Assembly (NCBI GenBank): GCA_051652765.1
Contig: JBOFUV010000029.1
Coordinates: 1-41,596, forward strand
DNA length: 41,596 bases
Origin: Microcoleaceae cyanobacterium
Lineage (GTDB): Bacteria; Cyanobacteriota; Cyanobacteriia; Cyanobacteriales; Microcoleaceae
Direction: 5' to 3'
How positions within the stretch are numbered: position 1 is the first letter of the stretch; every line of letters begins with the position of its first letter. Below, one piece after another: positions 22,483 through 31,550 of this stretch. The notes below the pieces were generated by a model. It was given only the letters and a program-made list of their open reading frames with translations, was not told the DNA's origin and ran no database searches. The translations under genes and the position numbers were made by a program.

Positions 22483-22782
22483 TTATTCCTCATCAACGGA
22501 GAAAAAGCTGAGATGGTACGGGTATCCTTTCCAGGGATGAAGCTGAACTTCATGCAGCATCGTTTTCCCACTCCAGGAAAGTTCTGGCACACTCAGTTGA
22601 ACCACGGTTTTATTCACGACAGCTTGCTTGAGTAAATTTTCCACATCTTTAGCCCCAACCGTAAGATGAACAGACTCTGCCCCACTATGACCATAGAGCA
22701 CAGCCGGGATTAGCCCATCGCGACGTAATGCTCTAGGATTGATGCCTTCTACCCGCTGCTTTCCTTCAATCGTAAGTTTCAT
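22483..22782 (-). CDS. rplY: 50S ribosomal protein L25 (short form)
   Basis: [28 protein letters not shown]. Confidence 0.95.
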   Translation of the reverse strand: MKLTIEGKQRVEGINPRALRRDGLIPAVLYGHSGAESVHLTVGAKDVENLLKQAVVNKTVVQLSVPELSWSGKTMLHEVQLHPWKGYPYHLSFFSVDEE

Positions 22783-22880
22783 CTTGATTTTGGTGATAGT
22801 TGATAAACGTTAAACTTGCAATAAACACAATCTCTAATTTTAGCAATCTTTACCTCCAGTGGTTTGCTTAGATCAATGTT

Positions 22881-23005
22881 GTTGCTTGGGTAGACCACAG
22901 TGAAACTCAAACTGCTTTAACAAATCCTTAGAAATTGTTGGGTCTCGCCAGCTCAACACTACCGACCCAACCCTCATCAAGCTTGCTCAACCCCTAGCCA
23001 CCTAC
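22881..23005. repeat. Degenerate GTAG-type REP/REPIN-like element, copy C
   Basis: TTGGGTAGACCACAGTGAAACTCAA...GTTGGGTCTCGCCAGCTCAAC...CACCTAC. Confidence 0.55.
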
Positions 23006-23023
23006 AAACTTTAGCAAAGTCAG

Positions 23024-23767
23024 TTACAACAACCCATCTCTCTGTAATTCTTCAATCACCTGTAACCCTCGGGGGTCACCCACTCGCAGTAAAGAAGACT
23101 GGGCATCATCTCGGACTCCCATGTCTTTGTCTTCTTCAAGGGCTTCAATCAGGGCATCAATTGCGCCCGCATAGACTACATTTGAAGGCAATTCTCGACA
23201 CAGTTGTCCCAAAGCCCAAGCGCAATTGCTCCGTACTGCTGCAATCTCATCATGACGTAGGACTTCAATCACAGGGGGAATTGCCTTCACTACCACTTCG
23301 TATCCTAGCTTTGCCATTTGCCCTAAGGAGCTGGCTGCCCAGAGCCGAACTGCAGAAATATCTGTTCGAAGTGCCTCTAACAAAGGAACCAGCGCTCTTT
23401 CATCCCCACAGTTTCCCAAAGCCCAAACAACCCCTTTACGAACATAGCCGTTCCAATCTTGATACAACTGCTGAATCAGGGGATCAACTGCCTCTGGACT
23501 ATGATTGCGTCCTAAGGCATAGGCAGCACTCACCCGTACAAGAGGACACACATCTTGCAATAATCGAATTAAATGGGGAACAGCCCGTTCATTCTCAAGC
23601 TCACAGAACGCCCTTGCGGCAATAATCCGACGTTGAGCCTCAGGAGATTCCAGCAGCACCAACATTTCCTCTGGATTGGGCTGAGGTTCTTCTGACTCCT
23701 GCCAATGATCTAAAGGACTCTCCAAGGCTTCTGGGGGGTTAACTTGATCCAGTTTTTCATCCTGCAT
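23024..23767 (-). CDS. PBS-lyase HEAT-repeat protein (NblB-like)
   Basis: Repeated VR..AA.ALG units; DWNGYVRKGVVWALGN. ATG 23767 preferred. Confidence 0.85.
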   Translation of the reverse strand: MQDEKLDQVNPPEALESPLDHWQESEEPQPNPEEMLVLLESPEAQRRIIAARAFCELENERAVPHLIRLLQDVCPLVRVSAAYALGRNHSPEAVDPLIQQLYQDWNGYVRKGVVWALGNCGDERALVPLLEALRTDISAVRLWAASSLGQMAKLGYEVVVKAIPPVIEVLRHDEIAAVRSNCAWALGQLCRELPSNVVYAGAIDALIEALEEDKDMGVRDDAQSSLLRVGDPRGLQVIEELQRDGLL

Positions 23768-23873
23768 AGTACTAACTTTACCGCAGAGCCTGACGGTTTG
23801 ATTCAATGCTAGCAGGACTCATAGATGTTCTCCAGGAAGTTCTTTGTCCAGCCATGACCTAAATTAAAACCCA

Positions 23874-24443
23874 TTAAAACTGCTGCAAAGATTTCTGCAA
23901 GGTCAAAGATTGAACCTGATATCCTTGCTTTTGGTAGAGATTCAATGCCGGTTGATTTTGACTAAACACTTGCAGGCTAATCTTTCGATCTCCCCTTTGC
24001 CTTGCCCAGTACTCAGCCTGTTGCATGAGTGCCGACCCAATTCCCCGACGGCGATGCTGGGGATCGACGTACAGCAAAAAAATATAGGCAATGCGATCGC
24101 CCTCAACCTGATCAATCGCATTGCCTAACCATAGACAAGCAATGGGAATATTTAGAAAGAGAGCCCGGAACGGAGAGGTAAACCCTGTCTTTTGCTTACT
24201 GTAATCTAGTGCTGCATCTGGTTCTTTGATTGTTCCTAAGACTTCTGGCCTAGTCACAACAGATTCAGTCCACCACAGGGGCGTTTGACTCGACAGATGC
24301 TGTTCAATGGTCTGGGAAAAATGGCTAAAGGTTCGACCTGGATAAAGCTCCTGATACGTCCGGTTCATAAACTTTAGCAACAAGGCCCGATCCAAGCTAG
24401 AACCTGTTCGGAGTTTGTACCCTGGAATTGGCCAATCAACCAC
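23874..24443 (-). CDS. GNAT family N-acetyltransferase
   Basis: LYVDPQHRRRGIGSALM, NQPALNLYQKQGY. Start reassigned to GTG 24443 because the longer ORF overlaps the upstream small gene. Confidence 0.82.
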   Translation of the reverse strand: MVDWPIPGYKLRTGSSLDRALLLKFMNRTYQELYPGRTFSHFSQTIEQHLSSQTPLWWTESVVTRPEVLGTIKEPDAALDYSKQKTGFTSPFRALFLNIPIACLWLGNAIDQVEGDRIAYIFLLYVDPQHRRRGIGSALMQQAEYWARQRGDRKISLQVFSQNQPALNLYQKQGYQVQSLTLQKSLQQF

Positions 24444-24645
24444 GACCTTCAAACTCAATCGTTTGCACCTGTTTAGTCTGTAGCTGTTCAGTCTGTAGCT
24501 GTTCAGTCTGAGGTAAGAGTTCACTCCCTGGTGCTGGGGCTGCCAAATCCTGAGGCAAAAAGATCCGAGCACTGACCACAACCAAGGATAGAACAAAAAT
24601 TAGCAGAACAATCAAAGGGGCAACATACTGACGAAAAATAGCCAT
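24436..24645 (-). CDS. Small single-TM cyanobacterial protein
   Basis: RQYVAP-TM-SARIFLP.D.AAPAP pattern, which I recall from cyanobacterial small proteins; stop overlaps the GNAT start; QTEQL tail comes from a 15-bp triplication. Confidence 0.7.
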   Translation of the reverse strand: MAIFRQYVAPLIVLLIFVLSLVVVSARIFLPQDLAAPAPGSELLPQTEQLQTEQLQTKQVQTIEFEGRG

Positions 24646-24673
24646 TGGGGTTAAGTACCAAATTTTTTGAGAT

Positions 24674-24691
24674 TATGTTAAGAATTGTAAC
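24674..24691 (-). promoter_or_regulatory. HLR1 (RpaB)-like direct repeat overlapping a -10 candidate
   Basis: Minus strand GTTACAAT-TC-TTAACATA, one mismatch to (G/T)TTACA(T/A)(T/A)-N2 repeat; overlaps CATAAT. Confidence 0.4.
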
Positions 24692-24739
24692 GTCCTTCGA
24701 TCCAGGCATACAACAGCCGGAACGGATTACTTCGGTCAG

Positions 24740-26554
24740 TTAATCACTCTCGATATCCTCATCACTCAATCCTGGACGAGGCATCGGTTGGACTCTGAAC
24801 TTGCTCAACTGTCGGAGCCAATATCCCCCCAGAACCCCAACGATCAACGAAACCCAACCGAGCGTTGGCTGCAACAACAGAAATCCTCCCGTTGACAGTA
24901 AAGCACCGAATAGCAGCAAGCACGCGGCCAGAACTTTTTGCAGATCGGTTCCCAAGTCCTGGGCGGGCGGGAGGCCCGTGTTCAGCCGTTGTTTGCTCCA
25001 GCCGCGCCCCCCTGGTCTGACCCGTCGGTAAAAAGCTTCTAAGGTTTCCTCGGATTCAGGGGGCGTGAGCCAGAGAACCATCCCCCATAAGGTTGTCACG
25101 CAAACGGTGATAAAAATAATCCGCCAACCAAAATCCTCAATGGTGAACATCGGTACAACACTAGTCGCCATCCCCACCAGGAAACTAGCAACAATCGCCG
25201 TCAGTTCGGCTGCGGCATTCACACGCCACCAAAACCACCGCAGGATTAAGATCAAACCTGAACCAGTACCAATCGCAATCACCAGACGGAAAACAGTCGC
25301 AACATCCGTGGCCAAAAATGCTGCCACAGCCCCGATTGCAGTCACAATCACCGAAGAAAATCGCCCAACAAAAACCAATTCTGCCTGACTCGCATTGGGT
25401 TTCATAAAGCGCAAATACAAATCATTTGTGATGAAAGAAGCGCCCCAGTTAATCGAGGTTGAAACAGTACTCATAAAGGCAGCCAACAGAGACGCAACCA
25501 CCAAACCCAAAAGACCTACAGGGAGAAAATCCAACATCAATTTCGGATAGCCCAGCTCTTTGTCCTCTAAATCTGGATAGAGCACAATGGAAGCCAAGGC
25601 AACCAGAATCCAGGGCCAAGTGCGAAGCACATAATTCATCACGTTAAAGGCCCAGGCTGCCTTCTCTGCCTCGGCTTCATCTTTTGAGGCGATGAACCGC
25701 TGCACAAACTCTCCACCCCCATCACTCCGTCGCCAAGACCACCATTGCACAAACAAGTAGGCAGAAAAAGTACTCGCACTAATTCCCGCTGCTTTACTAA
25801 AGCTAATCAGCCCATCTTCTCCCCCAAAAGTAACGGGAAGGAGGGAGAGCAGGTCTTTATCCGGGGACACTTGAGCCACTTTTGTAACCAGAGATTCAAT
25901 CCCACCCATACTACCCACTGCAAAGAAAGCGACCAGAATGGCTCCGAATAATGCCAGAAAAAATTGGAAAAAATCAGTTGTAACTACGCCCCAGAGACCC
26001 GCCAATCCGGCGTAGATGAGGACAAAAATACTAACTCCCACAACGCTCCACAGCTTAACGCTGTTATCATCCGCAGCAAACCCAAAACCTTGCCAAATTT
26101 CCAGGGCATCTACGACCTTGACCATGCCCAACATTGCGTAGCCAATGCCGATGCAATTGATGGGAACCGCAAAAATAAACGCCTTCACGCCCCGCAACAC
26201 TGCCGCCATCTGGCCGCCATAACGCAGTTCAGTCAGTTCTGCATCAGTTAAAACCTCTGAGCGCCGCCACATTCGAGCAAAAATATAGGTCATAATCACG
26301 TGGGAAATCCCAAATGACCACCATTCCCAGTTGCCAGCAATTCCTCGATTGGCAACAACTCCAGTAACGTAAAGCGGCGTATCGATCGAAAATGCTGTTG
26401 CTGCCATACTTGTTCCAGCTAACCACCAAGGCAGCGATCGCCCCGATACAAAAAAATCTGCCAAGCTCTTTGATCCCTTCTGAGAGAGATACAGCCCCAC
26501 AATCATTGTGGCAATCAAATAAGCCAGAACAATCAGCCAGTCAAGCAGTTGCAT
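24740..26554 (-). CDS. Sodium:solute symporter family protein
   Basis: DFFVSGRSLPWWLAGTSM, TDAELTELRYG, AAFMSTVST; many TM helices. Confidence 0.92.
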   Translation of the reverse strand: MQLLDWLIVLAYLIATMIVGLYLSQKGSKSLADFFVSGRSLPWWLAGTSMAATAFSIDTPLYVTGVVANRGIAGNWEWWSFGISHVIMTYIFARMWRRSEVLTDAELTELRYGGQMAAVLRGVKAFIFAVPINCIGIGYAMLGMVKVVDALEIWQGFGFAADDNSVKLWSVVGVSIFVLIYAGLAGLWGVVTTDFFQFFLALFGAILVAFFAVGSMGGIESLVTKVAQVSPDKDLLSLLPVTFGGEDGLISFSKAAGISASTFSAYLFVQWWSWRRSDGGGEFVQRFIASKDEAEAEKAAWAFNVMNYVLRTWPWILVALASIVLYPDLEDKELGYPKLMLDFLPVGLLGLVVASLLAAFMSTVSTSINWGASFITNDLYLRFMKPNASQAELVFVGRFSSVIVTAIGAVAAFLATDVATVFRLVIAIGTGSGLILILRWFWWRVNAAAELTAIVASFLVGMATSVVPMFTIEDFGWRIIFITVCVTTLWGMVLWLTPPESEETLEAFYRRVRPGGRGWSKQRLNTGLPPAQDLGTDLQKVLAACLLLFGALLSTGGFLLLQPTLGWVSLIVGVLGGYWLRQLSKFRVQPMPRPGLSDEDIESD

Positions 26555-26690
26555 AAGTTTCGATCAAGCCTGGAAAAACGGTGGTTCAAAAAGTCTTAAG
26601 GTCTAGAACTTTAAAGTTCCAGACTTTAAAGTCTACCTTGCTTGGCGGCGACTTTTAAAGACATGAGTTTTTGAAGTAACTCATCACTCT

Positions 26691-26746
26691 ATAAAACTTT
26701 GTAAATAAAACTTTGTAAATAAAACTTTGTAAATAAAACTTTGTAA
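26691..26746. repeat. 14-bp perfect tandem repeat x4
   Basis: ATAAAACTTTGTAA x4. Confidence 0.95.
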
Positions 26747-26991
26747 ACTCTAGCGACGGGTTCCCTTGACTGAACTAGAGATGTACGCGAAACTTAACCT
26801 ATAGTTGAATAACTACTTCATAAAATCATAACTTTTGTAAAGTTTTGACTTGTTCTGCATCGATTCGTCAAAATTGATGCACGGCTTTCAGAAGTCAGCA
26901 TTTTAATGAAGCACTCTTAGGCAACGTCTTGATAGCTACCCTAGTCGTTACATAGACGTTCTCACGACCCTCTTAACATTGGGCTAACTTT

Positions 26992-27201
26992 ATGGAAACC
27001 CTGGAGTTTGTTATTTATCCAGATGGCCGAGTTCAGGAGAAAGTCACTGGCATTGTTGGTGGCTCCTGCGCTGAGGTCACGAGAGCGATTGAGGCCGAGT
27101 TGGGTGTGGTCGTTCATCAAGAGACGACTTCTGAATACTTTGCTCAGGTTCAGCAACGCTCAATAATTGCAACGACCCCCGTGGGTTCTGACAACTGGTA
27201 G
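26992..27201 (+). CDS. DUF2997 family protein
   Basis: LEFVIYPDGRVQEKVTG..G.SC...T..IE..LG. Confidence 0.88.
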   Translation: METLEFVIYPDGRVQEKVTGIVGGSCAEVTRAIEAELGVVVHQETTSEYFAQVQQRSIIATTPVGSDNW

Positions 27202-27242
27202 GTTTTGTTTCTGAGTTCACACGATTGGATTCACACATTTTG

Positions 27243-27272
27243 TTACTGAGTTCACAGTTACTGAGTTCACAT
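27243..27272. repeat. 15-bp tandem duplication with further partial copies upstream
   Basis: TTACTGAGTTCACA(G/T) x2; CTGAGTTCACAC at 27211. Confidence 0.75.
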
Positions 27273-27294
27273 ATTTTGTTTAAGGGCAGCCGCT

Positions 27295-27681
27295 ATGTCA
27301 CACTTTAGCCAGATTAAAACTCAAATTCGTAATTTGACCTCTCTGAAAGTAGCCTTAACCGATCTTGGAATTGACTGGAAGTCTGGGTCAAACCAGGTGC
27401 GCGGTTACCAAGGCCAGACTCTTCCTGCTGAAGTAACCATCCCACAAGACAATGGCTATGACATTGGATTTGTTTGGAATGGTCAGGAGTATGAGCTTGT
27501 TGCTGATTTACAGTTTTGGCAGCAGCCTGTTCCAGTTGATCGCTTTCTCAGCAAGGTAACTCAGCGATATGCCTATCGTACCGTTGTCAGCGAGAGCAGT
27601 AAGCAAGGGTTTCAAGTTTCAGAACAGCAACAAAATCAAGACGGTTCTATTCGTCTGGTTATGCAACGCTGGAGCGCCTAA
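27295..27681 (+). CDS. ycf35: DUF1257 / Ycf35 family protein
   Basis: MSHFSQIKT, VRGYQGQT, YELVADLQFW, DGSIRLV..RW. Confidence 0.88.
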   Translation: MSHFSQIKTQIRNLTSLKVALTDLGIDWKSGSNQVRGYQGQTLPAEVTIPQDNGYDIGFVWNGQEYELVADLQFWQQPVPVDRFLSKVTQRYAYRTVVSESSKQGFQVSEQQQNQDGSIRLVMQRWSA

Positions 27682-28133
27682 TGACTGATTGGTCTACCTC
27701 ATCATCCTTTGATCCAGAATCCTTCGACCTCTCATCAGACTGTTCGGGTTTGGAGCCAGAATTGGGGGGGGTTTTACGGGATCGGCCCGAGCGTTCGGGA
27801 TTTGAACCTGAGTTGGGGGGAGTGCTGCTCCAGAAGGGGGTATATGTTGATGAGCCCACCTGTATTGGCTGTCGCCATTGCGCCCATGTTGCTCGGAATA
27901 CGTTTTATATTGAGCCTGATCGCGGTCGATCGCGAGTGTTCCGTCAAGATGGGGACTCTGAGGACTTGATTCAGGAGGCGATTGATACCTGTCCGGTTGA
28001 CTGTATCCATTGGGTTGGTTTTGCGGAACTTCAGACCCTGGAGGCTGAACGCAGGTATCAGGTCATTTCTACCGTTGGATTTCCATCAAAATCTGGATCT
28101 GCCTTGCGTCGGAAGCAACGGCGATCGCAATAG
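27681..28133 (+). CDS. Bacterial-type ferredoxin (single Fe-S cluster)
   Basis: CIGCRHC...DTCPVDCIHWV; duplicated SG(L/F)EPELGG in the N-terminus; TAATG coupling to ycf35. Confidence 0.88.
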   Translation: MTDWSTSSSFDPESFDLSSDCSGLEPELGGVLRDRPERSGFEPELGGVLLQKGVYVDEPTCIGCRHCAHVARNTFYIEPDRGRSRVFRQDGDSEDLIQEAIDTCPVDCIHWVGFAELQTLEAERRYQVISTVGFPSKSGSALRRKQRRSQ

Positions 28134-28163
28134 GTTCATCAGTTTTTGAGTCTAACCTCGACG

Positions 28164-28195
28164 AGAAAGGCTTTGCTCCGGCAAAGCCTTTCTTT
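28164..28195 (+). terminator. Intrinsic terminator of the DUF2997-ycf35-ferredoxin operon
   Basis: AGAAAGGCTTTGC-TCCG-GCAAAGCCTTTCT, perfect 13-bp stem. Confidence 0.8.
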
Positions 28196-28384
28196 GGGTT
28201 CAGAAACAAGTTATGTCCCCTTTAGCCCTCTTTGAAAAAGAGGGAAATTAGGAACTATGGGATTACCCCTGAATGGCTTATTTTGATACTAGCGAGTCCT
28301 TCAGGAGATCAACAGTCACTCATTTGAACTACAAACAGCCAATCACAACTGCCGTTTAAATTGTTAATTCCCGCTTAATGACAA

Positions 28385-28426
28385 AAAATCAAAGCCCTTA
28401 TAGGCATCTACAAGGGCTTTGATTTT
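28385..28426 (-). terminator. Intrinsic terminator downstream of initiator tRNA-Met
   Basis: Minus strand AAAATCAAAGCCCTTGTAG-ATGC-CTATAAGGGCTTTGATTTT followed by T's. Confidence 0.8.
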
Positions 28427-28441
28427 ATTTGAACTTAAGGG

Positions 28442-28515
<74 letters not shown>

Positions 28516-28528
28516 TCGCTCTTTTATT

Positions 28529-28558
28529 AGTATAGCCATAGATTGAAAGAACTGACAA
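28529..28558 (-). promoter_or_regulatory. Promoter candidate for tRNA-fMet
   Basis: Minus strand TTGTCA-N18-TATACT. Confidence 0.6.
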
Positions 28559-28655
28559 GTGATTGAGTGAAAATTTTTAATCAAGCGGGAATATCAGGGA
28601 TGAGGGCTCTGAAGCAAGATGCTCACTCCCCGTTCACCGTTCAAATCGGATTGCC

Positions 28656-28773
28656 ATATAGCGATCACAAATGATTTGTGAAATGGGAATGAAGGGGGCA
28701 ACGCCCCCTTCTTGGGGACTTTGTTCCCAAACCCCTCTCTAGCTTTTCTCTTGATTGATTTCTGATTACCATA
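28656..28773. mobile_element. MITE-like element, copy 3
   Basis: ATATAGCGATCACAAATGATTTGTG...GAAGGGGGC-AAC-GCCCCCTTC TTGGGGAC-TTT-GTTCCCAA ACCCCTCTCTA...GATTACCATA. Confidence 0.7.
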
Positions 28774-28860
28774 GCAATTTTCAATCAGATCGGTAATAAA
28801 AGAGAGGGCTGTTAAACGTTCCCCGGCTTGAATCCATAGCCCCCGAATCTAACCTGACTG

Positions 28861-30234
28861 ATGCGAACCCTAATGATTCCTTCAACCTCTCACTACTGGC
28901 TGAAAAATGCCCATGTGCCGCTTGCAGTCTTGAGTGACGCGGATCGATCGGCTGCCCTTGCTCCCAATTCAGATCATGTTGTCCTGGTTGATTTAGAAAT
29001 TCAATCGGGTTTGATTGCTCAAGTTCTTCCAGCCGCAAAGATTGATCCTGGAGCAACTCCTGCGGTCGATTTGCAAAAGCGACTAGTTTGGCCCTGCTTT
29101 GTCGATCTGCACACTCACCTTGACAAAGGACATATTTGGGAACGCTCCCCCAACCCAGACGGAACTTTTCAGGGGGCGATCGCCGCAGCTCAGCAGGATA
29201 TTAAGACCCATTGGGATGCAGACGATCTTTATCGCCGCATGGAGTTTGGCTTGAAATGTAGCTATGCCCACGGCACAAAAGCGATTCGGACTCATTTAGA
29301 TTCCTCTGAACCCATTGGGGAGATCAATTGGGAGGTGTTTAAAGCCTTGCAAACTGAATGGAGCGATCGCCTGATTTTGCAAGCTGCTTCCCTGGTTACC
29401 CTGGACTATTACCTGACTCCCGCCGGAGAAAAATTAGCGGATCGGGTCGCAGAGTTAGGCGGAATTTTGGGTGGGGTTGCTGATATGAATCCAGAGATTG
29501 ATCGTCAAATTGAACAAGTCTTTGCGATCGCCAAAGATCGAGGGCTAAACCTAGACTTTCACGCCGATGAAAATAACAATCCAAATTCTATTACACTGTT
29601 TAAAATTGCAAAAGCAGCCCTACAATCTCAGTTTTCAGGGCAAATTATTTGTGGTCATTGTTGCAGTTTGGCTGTTCAACCTCCGTCAGTCGTTACTGAA
29701 ACTTTGATGTTAGTAAAACAAGCACAAATTGGCATTGTGAGTTTGCCGATGTGCAATCTTTATTTACAAGATCGGCAATATTCTCAGCAATCTATCGGCG
29801 ATTTTAATCAATCCTATCCTCGTACGCCTCGATGGCGGGGAATTACGTTACTCCACGAACTCAAACAATCTGGAATTCCTGTCGCCGTTGCTAGCGATAA
29901 CTGCCGCGATCCATTCTATGGATTCGGGGATCACGATGGGTTGGAAGTATTTGTCATGGCAGTGCGAATTGCTCACTTAGACCGACCCTATGGAGACTGG
30001 CCACAAATTATTACTCAGACTCCTGCCCAACTAATGGGGTTATCAGGAGAAGGGCAAATTGGCAGTCAACGCCCAGCAGATTTAATTCTTTTTCAAGGAC
30101 GTAGTTTTAGTGAGCTTTTGGCCCGTCCTCATACTAGTCGAACTGTGATCAGAAATGGTAAAATAGTGGAAGCTTCATTGCCAAACTACACAGAACTCGA
30201 TACCCTCCTGGATGAAGACGAGCTTAATAGTTAG
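28861..30234 (+). CDS. codA: Cytosine deaminase-like amidohydrolase
   Basis: VDLHTHLDKGH, IRTHLD, DFHADE, GHCCSL, ASDNCRDPF. Confidence 0.88.
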   Translation: MRTLMIPSTSHYWLKNAHVPLAVLSDADRSAALAPNSDHVVLVDLEIQSGLIAQVLPAAKIDPGATPAVDLQKRLVWPCFVDLHTHLDKGHIWERSPNPDGTFQGAIAAAQQDIKTHWDADDLYRRMEFGLKCSYAHGTKAIRTHLDSSEPIGEINWEVFKALQTEWSDRLILQAASLVTLDYYLTPAGEKLADRVAELGGILGGVADMNPEIDRQIEQVFAIAKDRGLNLDFHADENNNPNSITLFKIAKAALQSQFSGQIICGHCCSLAVQPPSVVTETLMLVKQAQIGIVSLPMCNLYLQDRQYSQQSIGDFNQSYPRTPRWRGITLLHELKQSGIPVAVASDNCRDPFYGFGDHDGLEVFVMAVRIAHLDRPYGDWPQIITQTPAQLMGLSGEGQIGSQRPADLILFQGRSFSELLARPHTSRTVIRNGKIVEASLPNYTELDTLLDEDELNS

Positions 30235-30313
30235 GAGTGGGGTCAGGGTGAATCGATTATTTCTGCATCAGTCCGGGTGTTTTCCAACAGATTTAAAAGT
30301 GGGGAAGGCTTGA

Positions 30314-31480
30314 ATGGAATCCGTTAAAATACTCAATGTAGCGATCGACAAGTTGGCGACAAGGGAGCTTTTAGAAAAGTTAAGAGATGGCGGGGTTGTT
30401 TTTACTCCGAATGTTGATCACCTTGTGAAGCTGCAAAAAGATCCTGACTTTTTAGATGTTTATAGTCAGGCAGACTATATTGTTTGTGACAGCAGAGTCC
30501 TAATGTATGTTTCCCACTTTTTGGGGAATTCAATTCAGGAAAAAATCTCTGGCTCTGACTTGTTTCCAGCATTTTATGAATATTATAAAAATGACGAAAG
30601 CATGAAGATTTTCATGCTGGGGGCCGCAGAAGGAGTTGCCGAACAAGCCAGACAAAACATTAATGCCAAAGTCGGGCGAAATATGATTGTTGCAGCTCAT
30701 TCTCCATCCTATGGCTTTGAAAAAAATGAAACAGAGTGTCAGAAGATCATTCAGCTGATTAATGAATCTGATGCTACGGTTTTAGCGGTCGGAGTCGGTG
30801 CTCCCAAACAGGAAAAATGGATTTGCAAGTACAAAGATCAGCTCAAGAAGATTAAAATCTTCCTGGCCATTGGAGCAACAATTGACTTTGAGGCGGGGTC
30901 TGCCCAGCGATCGCCCAAGTGGATGAGTCATATTGGCTTGGAATGGTTGTATCGACTGATGCAGGAACCCAAAAGACTCTGGAAAAGATATCTAGTTGAG
31001 TCTTTGCCATTCTTTGGGCTAATCTTGCGGCAGAAGTTCCATCTGTACAGCTATAAGATGCGAATTGGTCACCTGCTCCAGCAGGCCGGGTTGTTGTCTG
31101 GCGATCAAGTCAGTCTTGTCCTGAAGGTTAAGGAAGAAAATCCAGAACGCTTATTTGGAGAAATTGTTGCCCAGCAGGGTTGGGTGAAACCTGAGACAGT
31201 CGAATTTTTTGCCGAAGCCCTGCCCCAACTTGTGGCACAGGGGAAGCGTGCGCCGATTGGAGAATATCTCAAACTTGCTGGTTTGCTGGATGAATCCCAG
31301 ATTGCTCAAATTCTTCAGGAACAGCAACATCTGAATCTTCGGTTCGGTGAGATCGCAGTTGCCAAGGGGTGGGTAAAACCAAAGACAGTCAAGTTTATCC
31401 TTGCAACCTTTGAGAATGAAACGCCTTCAAAGGAGAAAGCCATCTCTAATGGTCTTAGCCTTAATCAGGTCATCAGCTAA
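30314..31480 (+). CDS. WecG/TagA/CpsF family glycosyltransferase (GT26) with C-terminal MshEN-like repeats
   Basis: TPNVDH, ISGSDL, GVGAPKQEKW, GLEWLYRL..EPKRLWKRY, then RIGHLLQQAGLL / FGEI...GWV repeats. Confidence 0.9.
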   Translation: MESVKILNVAIDKLATRELLEKLRDGGVVFTPNVDHLVKLQKDPDFLDVYSQADYIVCDSRVLMYVSHFLGNSIQEKISGSDLFPAFYEYYKNDESMKIFMLGAAEGVAEQARQNINAKVGRNMIVAAHSPSYGFEKNETECQKIIQLINESDATVLAVGVGAPKQEKWICKYKDQLKKIKIFLAIGATIDFEAGSAQRSPKWMSHIGLEWLYRLMQEPKRLWKRYLVESLPFFGLILRQKFHLYSYKMRIGHLLQQAGLLSGDQVSLVLKVKEENPERLFGEIVAQQGWVKPETVEFFAEALPQLVAQGKRAPIGEYLKLAGLLDESQIAQILQEQQHLNLRFGEIAVAKGWVKPKTVKFILATFENETPSKEKAISNGLSLNQVIS

Positions 31481-31550
31481 GAACGTCTTGATTGAGGAGT
31501 AGAAATTTAGTCACAGAAATTTAGCAACTCCCATGATTTTACGTCTGAAT

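Noticed and set aside
26691..26746. HLR1/RpaB site formed by the TTTACAAA half-sites
   Set aside because: The period is 14 bp, not the 10 bp of canonical HLR1.
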